Part shown: in pieces, positions 1 to 11,133 of the stretch
How the letters are laid out: each line of letters opens with the position of its first letter
How positions within the stretch are numbered: the stretch's first letter is position 1
Source of the DNA: Mobula hypostoma
Lineage: Eukaryota
Assembly: GCF_963921235.1 (NCBI RefSeq)
Contig: NC_086097.1
Location: forward strand, 65,722,001-65,786,000
Length of the DNA stretch: 64,000 nt
Direction: 5' to 3'
Made by a program: the position numbers and the translations under genes
The notes under the pieces: model-generated
What the model was told of the DNA's origin: nothing
The model's input: the letters and a program-made list of their open reading frames with translations, nothing else
The model's database searches: none

Positions 1-119
1 TCTTCTCTCGTCCTGTTCCCATCCCCTGCTTTCTAGGTTCTCTTACTATTTCCCAAGCAGCTTGGGACAGCTGCTCAGCCAGAGTTTCCCTTGGTTTGAC
101 CACGCTAATGGACAGTCCT

Positions 120-1052
120 CTCTTGTTCATGTCTATAGTCGCCTCCTCCACCGTCTGGTACAGTCACACCCCTTCTCCTCAGTTTAACAGGGTATGGGGT
201 TTGGAATTTAATCTTTTTTTGCTTTAATATTCATTTTGCTTCGGAATATTCCTTCCGTTTCTGTAGGACTGCTGGGCGGTAATCATGATTGAAGTTTTTT
301 AACTTCCCGTTCCAAAAAACCTCTTCTTACCCCAGGGCTTTCATAGAATCTTCGCCTTGCTCTTGAATCGAAGGAATCTAAGTACTATGGAGCGCGGTTT
401 ACCTTCTCTGTCTCTGGGAGGCCGCTGGACAAGAGAACGATTCGCCCTTTCAATTTCAATCTCCGTTGTCTGAGGAATCTCCAGCGCTTCCCACAGCAGC
501 TTGTCTACAAAGTCTATCATCGACAATCCCTCCGCTCCTTCGGGAACATTATAAATCCTGATATTTTCCCGTCGCAATCTTCCCTCCTGGTCAAGCAATT
601 TACTTTCCTATTGATTTAATATTTTTATTGTCTTACTTAGTATCTGTTCCACGTTTTGCATGCGATCTTCCATCTTCTCAATTTGAGTCTCTGCCACCGC
701 TATTTTCTGATTGACGTTGGCGAGCTCTGACTTTATATCATTGAGTTGCTGCTGTATATCTTTTTCAACTTCCCTTATCTCTTCCAAAATTCTTATTATA
801 TTTGCCGCTTCGCCTGCACTAGGCCCAGCATCAGCTTCGCCGCCACGCACACGTGTAGGAGAGCCGCGCACTGTACCTCTTTCTTCCGTAGTGCTTTTTT
901 TATCTCGATTCTTTCTCCCCATCCTTGCCCTCCTTATCAGTTCAGATATTTTCAAAAGATCTTATATTTGATGGATTAATGGGGCAAAATATGCGTTTTT
1001 CTGGAGGAGCTGTTGATTTAAGCTGCCATTCTGAGCCATGATGTCACCAGAA
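120..1052 (-). mobile_element. L1-clade LINE 5' portion with disrupted ORF1 (coiled coil + RRM/CTD); element probably continues beyond the window start
   Basis: ORFs 608-955 (coiled coil) and 341-598 (RRENIRIYNVPEGAEG...EIERANR...KPRSIVLRFLRF) match L1 ORF1 motifs; split by a stop. Boundaries approximate. Confidence 0.85.
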
Positions 1053-1055
1053 CCC

Positions 1056-2234
1056 CATTTGGATTTTCAGATGGTTTTTGACAAGATGCCATGCATGAAG
1101 CTGCTTACCAAGTTAAGAGCCCATGGAATTACAGGAAAGTTACTAGCATGATTAGAGCATTGGCTGATTGGTTGGAGGCAGCGAGTGGGAATAAAAGGAT
1201 CCTTTTCTGGTTGGCTGACAGTGACAAGTGGTGTTCCATAGGGGTCAGTGTTGAGACCACTTCTTTTTTTGTGCTGTTTATAAATGATTTAGATAATGGA
1301 ATAGAGGGCTTTGTTCCCAAATTTGCAGATGATACGAAGATTGATGAAGGGACAGGGAATGTTGAGGAAACAGGTAGGCTGCAGAAGGACTTAGACAGAT
1401 TAGGGGAATGGGTAAGAAAGTGGCTAATAAAATACAATGTTGAAAAATGCATGGTCTTGCACTTTGGTCGAAGAAATAAATGTGCCGACTATTTCCTAAA
1501 CAGGGAGAAAATCCAAAAATCTGAGATGCAAAGGGACTTGGGAGTCCTTGTGCAGAACACCCTAAAGGTTAACTTGCAGGTTGATTTGGTGGTGAGGAAA
1601 ACAAATGCAATATTAGCATTCATTTCAAGAGGTCTAGAATACAAGAGCAGGGATGTGATGCTGAGGCTTTTTAAGGCACTGGTGAGGCCTCACCTTAAGT
1701 ATTGTGAACCATTTTGGGCTCCTTATCTAAGAAAAGATGTGTTGGCATTGCAGAGGGTTCAGAGGAGTTCCACAAGGATGATTCCAGGATTGAAAGGGTT
1801 TTCATATAAGGAACCATTGATGGCTCTGGGCCAGTACTCGCTGGAATTTAGAAGGATGAAGGGGGGGATCTCATTGAAACTTTCGAATGTTGAAAGGCCT
1901 AGACAGTAGATGTGGAAAGGATGTTGCCCATCGTGGGGCAGTCTTGGACAAGAGTGCACAACCTCAGGATAGCGGGTGTCCATTTAAAACAGAGATGCGG
2001 AGAAATTTCTTTAGCCAGAGTGTGGTGAATTTGTTACTACAGGCTACTGTGGAGGCCAGGTCATTAGGTTCATTTAAGGCAGAGATTGATAGGTTCTTGA
2101 TTGACTATGACATCAAAGGTTACAGGGAGAAGGCTGGGGAATGGGGCTGAGGAGGGGAAAAAAGAATCAGCCGTGATTGAATGGTCGAGCAGACTCAATA
2201 GTCCAAATAGCCTCATTCTGCTCCTATGTCTTAT
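1056..2234 (+). mobile_element. CR1 LINE, 5'-truncated 3' portion (RT C-terminal half and 3' UTR)
   Basis: ORF 1091-1909 has FINDLD, KFADDTKI, RDLGV, LVRPHLKYC, LQRVQR; ends in the CR1-type ctcctatgtcttat tail. Confidence 0.92.
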
Positions 2235-2237
2235 AAA

Positions 2238-2355
2238 ATTGCAGGTACTGGAAATCTGACATTAAAGCAGAAGATGCTGCAAATACTCAGGATATCAGGC
2301 AGTATCTGTACAGGAAAAATGAATTAATATTTAGGGTCAATGAATTTTCATCAAT
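2238..2355 (-). mobile_element. Old degenerate PLE 3'-end remnant
   Basis: gcaggtactggaaatc...gatgctgcaaatactcagg...ggcagtatct resembles the PLE terminal repeat seen at 6141 and 41378. Confidence 0.45.
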
Positions 2356-2825
2356 ACTAATGATTTTGATCAATACTGTTAATTCCTAACTGGTAGTACC
2401 CTTTCTGATTTTAAGGTTGCAGATCTGTACCTTCCTGTGTGAGTAATGATCTTGGGTGACACTTAAGCATTGAGAGAATTCTGCATTACAAGGAATGTTT
2501 TTCCCAAAGAAGTTAAACAAAACATCATATGCTCCTGAAGAAGAGTATGGAATTCTGATTGTGACCTAGCCAGCACTACCAACAATGGCATATTGTCTAG
2601 CCATTCATTAATTTGCCTTTTGTAATAACTTGCTCTGTGCAAATTCTCCACTCATTAATTGGTTGTTTATGTCACTGCTCTCTGTGGAACCTTAAACCAA
2701 CTGGTTGCCATATTTACCCAAAAAGGCACCAGCTGTGGAAAGGAATTTTTATATGAACATGCTTTTGAGTTATAAAATTAGATTTCCATCAGAATATCTG
2801 AATTATTTGCATATTTTATTTCCAG

Positions 2826-2850
2826 TTGAAGTCCAGAGTACCTTCCTACT
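2826..2850 (+). CDS. Candidate micro-exon of unidentified host gene (xEVQSTFLL)
   Basis: Pyrimidine-rich acceptor attttatttccag and donor ACT|gtgaga; 25 nt open frame. Splice-signal evidence only. Confidence 0.25.
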
Positions 2851-3723
2851 GTGAGAATAAAATCTGTAAATAGTTTCTTACTTAAATTTCACCAATGTTA
2901 CTTGAGTACAGAATTGAATACTGTCTCTATTCTTTTTTGGAAGCTTAATATAACATTGAAGTTCATTACATTCTATATGGTGCCTTGTATTATTTAATAG
3001 CTGAAATTTAAATATTCCTCGGAAAATCTTCCTGAAACAAACAGTTGTTTAATTTGATGCAGATAAATTAAGTCATTATATGTGCCAATTTGCCTCAGAA
3101 GGCAAAGATAAAATTAAATCTCTTAAGCATTTTTCACCAGTTTCATGTCTGAATAAAAATTCATAAAGAATATGAAAAATGAGGTGTCATTAGAGCTACA
3201 GGATTCATGGGGATTTTATATGAAGCCTGTTTAATCAGAATAGCACAGTCATTAATATTCATAAAGTCAGCTTGAATACAAATGACAGTAGTAGGAAGCC
3301 CAGATTTCATATGTTTTCACAGGGTGAATATATTAAATGAAGCTTTAAAAAATAGTGCATTGTTTAAATTAAAGGACCATGGAATTTTAGCAGTAGTTGT
3401 CAAAAATGAAATTAGAACTTTTTGCCATGTTGTGATTATAGCTGTTTAACGATCCCATAGATTTCAAATGCATTTCAGTGAGATTTTAAGCTAGAAGTAT
3501 GAATATTTCTTGGGTGAGGTATGATAAAAGAAAGATTCAGTGCCAATTATAACATAAATGATTAATAGTGTACTGTAAGCCACAGGAAGACATTCTCTAG
3601 AAAAAAAATTCAAGGTGCTTTTGGTTTAGAAATAACTGCAATGAATATGCCCTTGAGACTTATGTTAGTTATAATGACGAAAATTTTGAGGTGAGCTGTT
3701 GTGTCGAATTCTATTTCGAACGT

Positions 3724-5290
3724 TTCAGAATCATAATCAGGTTTAATATAACCGGTATTGATTGTGAAATTTGTTGTTTTATGGCAGCAGTACATTTCAA
3801 TAAATAGTAATAAAATCTATAAATTACAGTAAGTATATACAGGTTGAGCATCCCTTATCTGATATATTCGGGGTCGGAAGTGTTTCGGATTTCATGTTTT
3901 TTTCAGATTTTGGAATATTTGCATCTATATATTGAGGTAACTTGGAGATGAGACCCAAGTCTAAACACAAAATCAATTGACATTACATACATAACTTATA
4001 GACAGCTCGTATGAAGCTCACAGAAGCTCGCAGTCGGAACACAGTGTGACTTAGTGGAGCTGGGTCCTCCACAGACTGCTGGAGTTCAACGATTGCTCCC
4101 GACTGCAATGCTATGATTGGCTTCATTCCGTCATTGATTTCAAACAGCCACCATTCCACAACAATTATGGGGGATGGGTTAGTTTTATATAACAATTATC
4201 TTCCATTTTCAGTTCGTTGTGATAGATCTTTGCATGTTACGTGATCAGCAGACCCTTAAGTGGCATATGTTCACTCCATTGATGAATCTATTTTTTCAAT
4301 ACATGATTGAGATCTTCAATTTTTTTTCCTTTATGCAGTGTCTTTCTATTTTTCATTAAGTTTTGTTCATCACGTATGTGAGGTCACTTCTCAGAACTGC
4401 CTGTGGTGTGCAGAGACTTGTGCATCACCCAGGAACCTTCCCAGCCCCTTGTGGAATTTTCCATTTGTGACATCATGTCAGTGCTCAAAAACATTCAGAT
4501 TTTGGAGGCTTTTCATTTTTGGAATTTCAGATGAGTAATATTCAACCTGTATTTAAAATAATAAATTAGAGAAGTCATGCTAAAAGAAAGGGGGATGTTA
4601 ATACTGAGGAAGTATTCATGGGTTCATTGTCCATTCAGAAACCTGATGGCAGAGGGAAAAATCTATTCTTGAAATGTTGTATGTCTGCCTTCAGGCTCCT
4701 GTACCACCTCCTTGATGGTAACAATGAGAAGATGGCATGTTCTGGGTGATGCCTTTTTGAGGCATTGCTTTTTGAAAGTTCCTGGATACTGGGGAGGCTA
4801 GTGCCCTTGATGGAGCTGGCTGAGTTACAACTTTCTGTGGCTTTTTCTGATCCTGGGCAGTGGCCCCTCCATATCAGATGGTGATGCAACCAGTTAGAAT
4901 GCTCTCCATGGTTCATCTATAGAAATTTGTGAGTGTTTTTGGTGACGTACCAATTCTCCTCAAACTCTTGAAATATAGCTGTTGTCATTGTTGTCATGAC
5001 TTTTTTTGTAATTGCATCAATATGTTGGGCCCAGGATTGATGCTCAGAGATGTTGACACCCTGGAATTGAAACTGCTTACCAATTCCACTGCTGATCTCT
5101 TGATAAAGACTGGCGTGTATTCCCTCGACTTCCCCTTTCTGAAGTCCCCAACCAATTCTTTGGTCTTACTGACATTGAAGTGCAAGGTTGTTGCTGCAGC
5201 ACCAGTCAACCATCTTATCTACCTTGCTCCTGTATACCTCCTCATCACCATCTGAAATTCTGCCAACAATAGTTCTGTCATAGTCAAATT
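3724..5290 (-). mobile_element. Rex1/Babar-like LINE 3' fragment, interrupted by a Tigger-like MITE
   Basis: Minus ORFs contain NVSKTKELVGDFRK and HPEHAIFSLLPSRRWYRSL; reverse-complemented tail (aaacctgattatgattctga) near 3725. Confidence 0.75.
3840..4549 (-). mobile_element. pogo/Tigger (Tigger4-like) non-autonomous DNA transposon
   Basis: Terminal inverted repeats caggttgagcatccc / gtaatattcaacctg, with TA on both sides (3838-3839, 4550-4551); the right end read in reverse resembles the Tigger4 terminus as I recall it. Confidence 0.85.
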
Positions 5291-6140
5291 TATTCTTTAT
5301 TTTTAATTTTTTCACCAGTTGTGCCTAGTTGTAACCTATCTTCCTGGAACAAAATGTCTATCAATGAAGAATATGAGTTTTTTGGCCTGAAGCAGGCTAA
5401 TGAAGCAACTTTGGTTTATCTAATTGTGAGAGAAATGCTGAGCTTTAAAAAATATACTTCCGAACTCTTTCTACATCAATCTCTTTCCATCTCTTTCAGC
5501 TCCAAAATTCTGACCATTACTTATTATTCCTGTTCTTGCAGAACTGCCTGCAATTTCCTCCAGTTATAAAAACGCTTAAAATTAATATACTTCCTGTTCG
5601 TACATTCACCTCTAAGCAAACACTTGCCCGGTTCTTCTAATGTTAACTTTGACTTGGGTATGCATTTTGGCTGATTACACATTTGAGATCCTGCAAAGTT
5701 ATGTTAAAGGTACAATATAATAGATATAGCTATAACATGCACCAATTTCATGCATTGACCTTGTCAGCTGAAACAAAAGTAGAACCTGGAGATACAAACA
5801 CAATCTTCCTGTATGATGAGAATCATCAAATGATTCCAACTGCTTACGGAGTACAAGAAATACAAGAGAACACTTAAGAAAGAAATCAGGGGGCTAAAAG
5901 AAGGCATGAAGTTGCTCTTGCAGATAAGGTAAAGGAAAATCCAAGGGGATTCTACAGATATGTTATGAGCAAATGGATTGCAAGGGGCAAAATTGGTCCT
6001 CTGGAAGATCAGAATGATAATCAATGTGTGGAACCAAAACTGATGGGGGAGACCTTAAATGAATTTCTTGCATCTGTATTTACTCAGGAGATGGATACAG
6101 AGTCTACAGAAATTAGGCAAAATAACATCAAATTCATGGG

Positions 6141-6734
6141 AACAACAGGAATTCTGCAGATGCTGGAAATTCAAGCAACACACATCAAAGTTGCTGGTGA
6201 ACGCAGCAGGCCAGGCAGCATCTCTAGGAAGGGGTACAGTCGACGTTTCAGGCCGAGACCCTTCGTCAGGACTAACTGAAGGAAGAGTTAGTAAGAGATT
6301 TGAAAGTGGGAGAGGGAGAGGGAGATCCAAAATGATAGGAGAAGACAGGAGGAGGAGGGATGGAGCCAAGAGCTGGACAGGTGATTGGCAAAGGGGATAT
6401 GAGAGGATCATGGGACAGGAGGTCCGGGGGGAACCCAGAGGATGGGCAAGGGGTATAGTCAGAGGGGCAGAGGGAGAAAAAGGAGAGTGAGAGAAAGAAT
6501 GTGTGTATAAAAATAAATAAATAACGGATGGGGTACGAGGGGAAGGTGGGGCATTAGCGGAAGTTAGAGAAGTCGACGTTCATGCCATCAGGTTGGAGGC
6601 TACCCAGACGGAATATAAGGTGTTGTTCCTCCAACCTGAGTGTGGCTTCATCTTTACAGTAGAGGAGGCTGTGGATAGACATGTCAGAATGGGAATGAGA
6701 TGTGGAATTAAAATGTGTGGCCACTGGGAGATCC
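6141..6734 (-). mobile_element. Penelope-like element 3' fragment (GIY-YIG C-terminus + terminal repeat with hammerhead)
   Basis: ORF 6554-6736 (DLPVATHFN...EEQHLIFRLGSLQPDGMN) is nearly identical to 8630-8956; 9 bp TSD attcatggg at 6132-6140 and 6735-6743. Confidence 0.92.
6237..6274 (-). ncRNA. Minimal type I hammerhead ribozyme motif (PLE-associated)
   Basis: Minus strand reads UAGUC-CUGACGA-AGGGUCUCGGCCU-GAAA-CGUC-GACUG: CUGANGA and GAAA cores, GUC triplet, stem I UAGUC/GACUG. Confidence 0.8.
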
Positions 6735-7910
6735 ATTCATGGGCCTTATACAGATTACAGAGGAGGAGGTATTTATTGCCCTGCGGCAGATCAGGATAGA
6801 TGAATCACCAGGGCATGAGAAGGTGTTCCCTTGGACTCTATGGGAGGCAATTGCAGAGATATTTAAATCATCCTTAGTAACAGGAGTGGTACCAAAGGAT
6901 TGGAGGATAGCTAATGTTGTTCTGCTGTTTAAGAAAGTTTCTAAATATAAACCAGGAAATTATAGGCCAATGAGTCTGACATCAGTTGTGGAAAGTTATT
7001 GGAAGGTATTCTAAGGGACTGGATATATAAGCATTTGGATAGGCATGGACTGATTAAGGACCATCAGCATGGCTTTGTGTGTGGTAGGTCACGTCTAACC
7101 AATCTTAGAACTTTTTGAGGAATTAACAGGAAAGTGGATGTTGTCTTCATGGACTTTAGCAAGGCATTTTACAAAGTCCCACATTGGATGTTGGTCAATA
7201 AGGTTCAGTTGCTTGGCATTCAAGATGATGTAGTAAATTGGATAAGACATTGGCTTTGTGGGAGAAGCCAAAGAGTGGTTGTAGATTGTTATCTCACTGA
7301 CTGGAGGCCTGTGACTAGTGGTGTGCTGCAAGGGTCGATGGTGGGTCAATTGTTGTTTGTCACCTATATCAATGACCTGGATGATAATGTGGTTACTGGA
7401 TCAGCAAGTATATAGATAACATCAAGATTGGGGATGTAGTGGACAGCGAGGAAGGCTATCGTGGCATGCAGAGGGATTTGTATTAGCAGTTGGAACTTAA
7501 TGAAGACAAGCGCAAAGTGTTGCACTTTGGGAGGACCAACCAGGTTAAGTCTTACACAATAGGGCACTGAGGAATGTGGTAGAACAAAGGGATCTGGGAA
7601 TGCAGGTGCATAATTCATTGAAAGTGGCATCACAGACAGATAGGGTCATAAAGAAAGCTTTTGACATATTGGTGTTCATAAATCACTTTATTGAGAACAG
7701 GAGATAGGATGTTATGCTAAAGTTATATAAGATGTTGGTGAGGCCTAATTAGGAGTATTGTGTGCAGTATTGGTCACCTACCTACAGGAAAGATGTAAAT
7801 AAGGTTGAACGAATACAGAGAAAATTTACAATGTTTTTGCCGCATCTGGAACACCTGAGTTATAAGGAAACATTGAATAGCTTAGGACTTTATTCCTTAG
7901 AATGTAAAAG

Positions 7911-8153
7911 CTTTGGAGATGTCAGGGGTAAGTCTTTTTACGCAGAGAGTGGTGAGTGTGTGAAACAGGCTGCGGATGATGGTGGTGGACGTGGATACAA
8001 TAGGGTCTTTTAACAAACTCTTGGATAGGTACGTGGAGCTTAGAAAAATAGAGGGCTATGGGTAACCGTAGGTAATTTCTAAAGTAAGTACTTGTTCAGC
8101 ACAGCATTGTGGGCCGAAGGGCCTGTATTGTGCTGTAGGTTTTCTATGTTTCT
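7911..8153 (+). mobile_element. Short CR1 3' end inserted in an older CR1
   Basis: Similar to 9383-9627 and 26085-26325; ends tttctatgtttcta; the host CR1 resumes at agattgagaggagatttg. Confidence 0.8.
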
Positions 8154-8521
8154 AAGATTGAGAGGAGATTTGATAGAGGTATACAAAATTATGAGGGGTA
8201 TAGATAGGGTAAATGCAAGGGAGGTTGGGTGGGACTACAACCAGAGGTCATGGGTTAAGGGTGAAAGCTGAAAAGTTAAAGGGGAATATGAGGGGAAGCA
8301 TCTTCATTCGGATGGTTATGAGAGTGTGGAATGAACTGCCAGCACAAGTGGCGCATACGTGCTTGATTTCAACGTTTAAAAGAAGTTTAGATAGGTATGT
8401 GGAAGGTAGGAGTATGGAGCACTATGGTCTCAGTGCATGTCGATGTTGGTGGGTAGTTTAAATGTTTTCAGCATGGACTAGATGGGCCAAAGAGCTTGTT
8501 TTATACTGTACTTCTCTATGA

Positions 8522-9382
8522 CTCACTGATCTCCCTCCTGGCACTTATCCATGTAAGCGGAACAAGTGCTACACATGCCCTTACACTTCCTCCCTTACCA
8601 CCATTCAGGGCCCCAAACAGTCCTTCCAGGTGAGGCAACACTTCACCTGTGAGTCGGCTGGGGTGATATACTGCGTCCGGTCCTCCCGATGTGGCCTTGT
8701 ATATATTGGCGAGACCCGACGCAGACTGGGAGACTGCTTTGCTGAACATCTACACTCTGTCCGCCAGAGAAAGCAGGATCTCCCAGTGGCCACACATTTT
8801 AATTCCACATCCCATTCCCATTCTGACATGTCTATCCACGGCCTCCTCTACTGTAAAGATGAAGCCACACTCAGGTTGGAGGAACAACACCTTATATTCC
8901 GTCTGGGTAGCCTCCAACCTGATGGCATGAACATTGACTTCTCTAACTTCCGCTAAGGCCCCACCTCCCCCTCGTACCCCATCTGTTACTTATTTTTATG
9001 CACACATTCTTTCTCTCACTCTCCTTTTTCTCCCTCTGTCCCTCTGAATATACCTCTTGCCCATCCTCTGGGTCCCCCCCCCTTGTATTTCTTCCCGGAC
9101 CTCCTGTCCCATGATCCTCTCGTATCCCCTTTTGCCTATCACCTGTCCAGCTCTTGGCTCTATCCCTCCTCCTCCTGTCTTCTCCTATCATTTTGGATCT
9201 CCCCCTCCCCCTCCAACTTTCAAATCCCTTACTCACTGTTCCTTCAGTTAGTCCTGACGAAGGGTCTCGGCCTGAAACGTCGACTGCACCTCTTCCTACA
9301 GATGCTGCCTGGCCTGCTGCGTTCACCAGCAACTTTGATGTGTGTTGCTTGAATTTCCAGCATCTGCAGAATTCCTGTTGTT
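8522..9382 (+). mobile_element. Penelope-like element 3' portion: GIY-YIG endonuclease domain + terminal repeat
   Basis: ORF 8630-8956 GVIYCVRSSRCGLVYIGETRRRLGDCFAEHL (GIY-YIG), preceded by CKRNKCYTC; followed by a pyrimidine-rich UTR and a hammerhead motif. Confidence 0.93.
9249..9286 (+). ncRNA. Minimal type I hammerhead ribozyme motif (PLE-associated)
   Basis: tagtc ctgacga agggtctcggcct gaaa cgtc gactg; predicted cleavage after C9281. Confidence 0.8.
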
Positions 9383-9627
9383 TACAGAGATGTGGGGGTA
9401 AGTTTTTTATGCAGAGAGTGGTGAGTGCGTGGAATGGGCTGCTGGCAGTGGTGGTGGAGGTGGATACGATAGGGTCTTTTAAGAGACTACTGGATAGATA
9501 CATGGAGCTTAGAAAAATAGAGGGTTATGGGTAACCCTAGGTAATTTCTAAAGTAAGTACATGTTTGGCACAGCATTGTGGGCCGAAGGGGCCTGTATTG
9601 GGCCGTAGTTTTTTCTACGTTTCTATG
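9383..9627 (+). mobile_element. CR1 3' end
   Basis: FFMQRVVSAWNGL...GSFKRLLDRYM, then CR1 3' UTR and tttctacgtttctatg tail. Confidence 0.85.
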
Positions 9628-9851
9628 TGCTCAATTTCTTCTTGAAGAAGTGCAAGAAGAACCCTATTTATTTCTGATGAATGACTTCTCCACTGGAGTA
9701 GGAACATTCAGAATCACAATAAGAACATTAAGGCCATGTTCAGAGGCACACATAGGCCCTGTGTCAATGCAAAAGTAATGTTGTACTCCAGATGCAACCC
9801 ACACACACCGCTGCCCATCTGTCTTAGAGTCTGTGGTTCCCATGTTGCCTT

Positions 9852-10209
9852 CATAAGACCATAAGGTTAGGGAGCAGAATTAGGCCATTTGGCCTATCGA
9901 GTCTGTTCCACCATTTCATCATGGCTGATCCAATTTTCCTCTCAGCCCAAATCTCCTCCCTTCTCCCCGTATCCCTTCATGCCCTGACCAATCAAGAATC
10001 TTATCAACCTCTGCATTAAATGTACATTAAGACTTGGCCTCCACAGCTGTTCATGGCAAAGAATTCCATAGATACACTACTCTCTGACTAAAGAAATTCC
10101 TCCTCATCTCCATTCTAAATGGACGCCCCTCTATTCTGAGGCTATGTCCTCTGTTCTTAGACTCCCACATCATAGAAAACATCCTCTTCCCATCCATTCT
10201 GTCAAGGCC
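9852..10209 (-). mobile_element. CR1 3' end (second subfamily)
   Basis: Reverse complement of the 1900-2234 and 39050-39370 type end; cataagaccataag tail. Confidence 0.85.
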
Positions 10210-10971
10210 TCGTTAGTCATTTCAGAATCCACAGTGGAAGGAGGTTATCTCATCCTGAGTAACTGCTGAAGAAATACATTTATTGGCTCCCTATTTCCCT
10301 TTGAGGAGTTAATGGCATGCTAGCATGTTAAATTACTGCAAAGCTATTTAAAGTTTGATGGGGAAATCTAGGATTTAGATTCTAGATTTAGCAATGAATG
10401 AAGCATAATTAGAAAAGAAATTCAAAAGAAGTAACTTCTGACTGTGGTGATGAGGACTTGTGAATTCAGCTTTGATGAAATGGAAGCTGAGATTTGGACA
10501 GGCAGGTGTATGGATGGTCTCAGTGTGCTATAACAAAGTCCACAAGCTTCTCATATATGTTGGGTGAGGAAATTGGGAGAGGCAGCAAAGTTGAGCTTAA
10601 GGACTTAATTGATGCTAATGTTACTTCCAGGCAATCTTATAGAGGGCAATTTTGAGAGAAGAAAGTGAAAACCAATTATGTTTGATCTAGACAGAATGAT
10701 GAAATGATAGATACCTAAATTCACACCAGAAGCTGGAGAATGTCTAGAATTGCAAAGTGTGAACACTTCATTTAGATTAAGTTTTTTTTTAAATAGTGGA
10801 GAAAAACATAGAGGAGAGGTCATGGTTAAGTGGCAAATATGTCAAGATTATTAAGTAGAAGGTTAAAGACTGAATTGTGAGATCAAGATGTTTTGATTTT
10901 TTTTGTGCTATACCTCTGACTTTCCATCTTGTTAACCTGAACATAGCTTTCAAAATATAGTCTGATTGATG

Positions 10972-11133
10972 AACACGCACAAAATATTAGAGGAACTCAG
11001 CAAGCCTGGCAGTATCTATGGAAAAGAGTACTGTCAATATTTATCAGGAATGTCGTTCTGCCTGGTCTGCTGAGTTCCTCTAGTATTTTGAATGTGTTGC
11101 TTGGATTTCCAGCATCTGCAGATTTACTCTTGC
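10972..11133. mobile_element. Fold-back (palindromic) PLE-derived mini element
   Basis: Arms aaaatattagaggaactcagca / tgctgagttcctctagtatttt, followed by ttggatttccagcatctgcagattt as in PLE termini. Confidence 0.75.

Larger units (their letters stand above)
5790..8520 (+). mobile_element. CR1 LINE ORF2 fragment (decayed), hosting a PLE and a second CR1 3' end
   Basis: WRIANVVLLFKK..PGNYRPMSLTS, DFSKAFYKVPH, SGVLQGSMVG, INDLD, ERIQRKFT in broken frames; tail tacttctctatg near 8510. Confidence 0.9.

Noticed and set aside
5542..5657. Candidate exon (ttcttgcag ... TGG|gtatgc)
   Set aside because: No frame stays open from acceptor to donor.
6055..6490. Recurring ORFs with PDEGSRPETSTVPLPRDAAWPAAFTSNFDVCC (also 9154, 22578, 27365, 44396) as a novel repeated protein family
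   Set aside because: They are chance translations of the non-coding PLE terminal repeat and hammerhead; starts, strands and lengths vary.
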